Shown here piece by piece: positions 13,791 through 14,054 of a stretch of DNA of 14,054 nt; the first letter of the stretch is position 1; every line of letters starts with the position of its first letter. Under the pieces are notes generated by a model that saw nothing but the letters and a program-made list of their open reading frames with translations, made no database searches and was not told the DNA's origin. Source of the stretch: Candidatus Poseidoniaceae archaeon (GTDB taxonomy: Archaea > Thermoplasmatota > Poseidoniia > Poseidoniales > Poseidoniaceae); assembly GCA_013329355.1 (NCBI GenBank), contig DUKK01000074.1:1-14054 (forward strand). The letters are read 5' to 3'. Made by a program: the position numbers and the translations under genes.

Positions 13791-14054
13791 TCATGTGGCA
13801 ATGTGCCCGGGGATTCGCGTTACTAATTCCTCCACTGAATTTAGACGCTTTCTTGCGCGTGGCGGGAATGGGGCCATCCCAGCTAATACTTGTGAACACC
13901 AGTAAACAGTACGTCCTTTTAATGCAACAAGCCACTTGTCTAATGAATCCTTGTCAGATTTAATTTGCTGATAATTATCTAACGCGGTAAGAATCTCATT
14001 AGCCCACGGGTGGCCATCTGAATCAAATACGCCCGATTGTTCAGAGCGCTCTAC
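13791..14054 (-). CDS. 3' end (87 codons) of an unidentified protein-coding gene; start lies beyond the window
   Basis: My own translation of the minus strand: open from base 14054 to TGA at 13791-13793 (...DGHPWANEILTALDNYQQIKSDKDSLDKWLVALKGRTVYWCSQVLAGMAPFPPRARKRLNSVEELVTRIPGHIAT*). It is absent from the ORF track because it has no in-window start. I recognise no family. Confidence 0.5.
   Translation of the reverse strand, partial: VERSEQSGVFDSDGHPWANEILTALDNYQQIKSDKDSLDKWLVALKGRTVYWCSQVLAGMAPFPPRARKRLNSVEELVTRIPGHIAT

Noticed and set aside
1-14054. Defence systems, CRISPR arrays, toxin-antitoxin pairs, integrases/transposases, tRNA or rRNA genes
   Set aside because: None found. Intergenic spacers are all under 100 nt. 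No spaced direct-repeat arrays are visible, and every sizeable ORF is accounted for by a housekeeping, transport or opsin assignment.

Overview
Gene-dense chromosomal segment, more than 90% coding. By eye I found no rRNA, tRNA, CRISPR array, transposase or integrase. Plus strand, in order: the 3' part of moeA, an S4-domain RluA-family pseudouridine synthase, uvrA, a PurS-PurS-PurL fusion, an ATGA-coupled long-form purQ, and a DUF1624/HGSNAT-like polytopic membrane protein. Converging on that last gene with zero spacer is a minus-strand proteorhodopsin-family opsin. It has the DTE proton-pump motif, His75 equivalent, Gln at tuning site 105 and the Schiff-base Lys. A half-size ABCB-type exporter lies upstream of the opsin on the same strand. 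Diverging from the exporter are a geranylgeranylglyceryl-phosphate (GGGP) synthase (ether-lipid enzyme) and a PRX_like2 CxxC thioredoxin-fold protein. The window ends with the 3' end of an unidentified minus-strand gene. The stand-out is a stand-alone light-driven proton pump with no retinal pathway nearby. Its neighbourhood reads like a marine planktonic Thermoplasmatota (Marine Group II/Poseidoniales-like) archaeon carrying many bacterial-type genes. That host call is an inference, because FCB-group bacteria also carry GGGPS homologues. Secondary observations: the opsin probably starts at an internal ATG behind a TTTATATA box, an improbable 15-bp inverted repeat lies in the obligatory opsin 3' UTR, purL/purQ look like a split large PurL, and a palindromic TATA-like element sits equidistant from two divergent starts. 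Opsins on MG-II fragments have been reported before, so this may be a known class rather than a new system. I see no defence island or mobile element.
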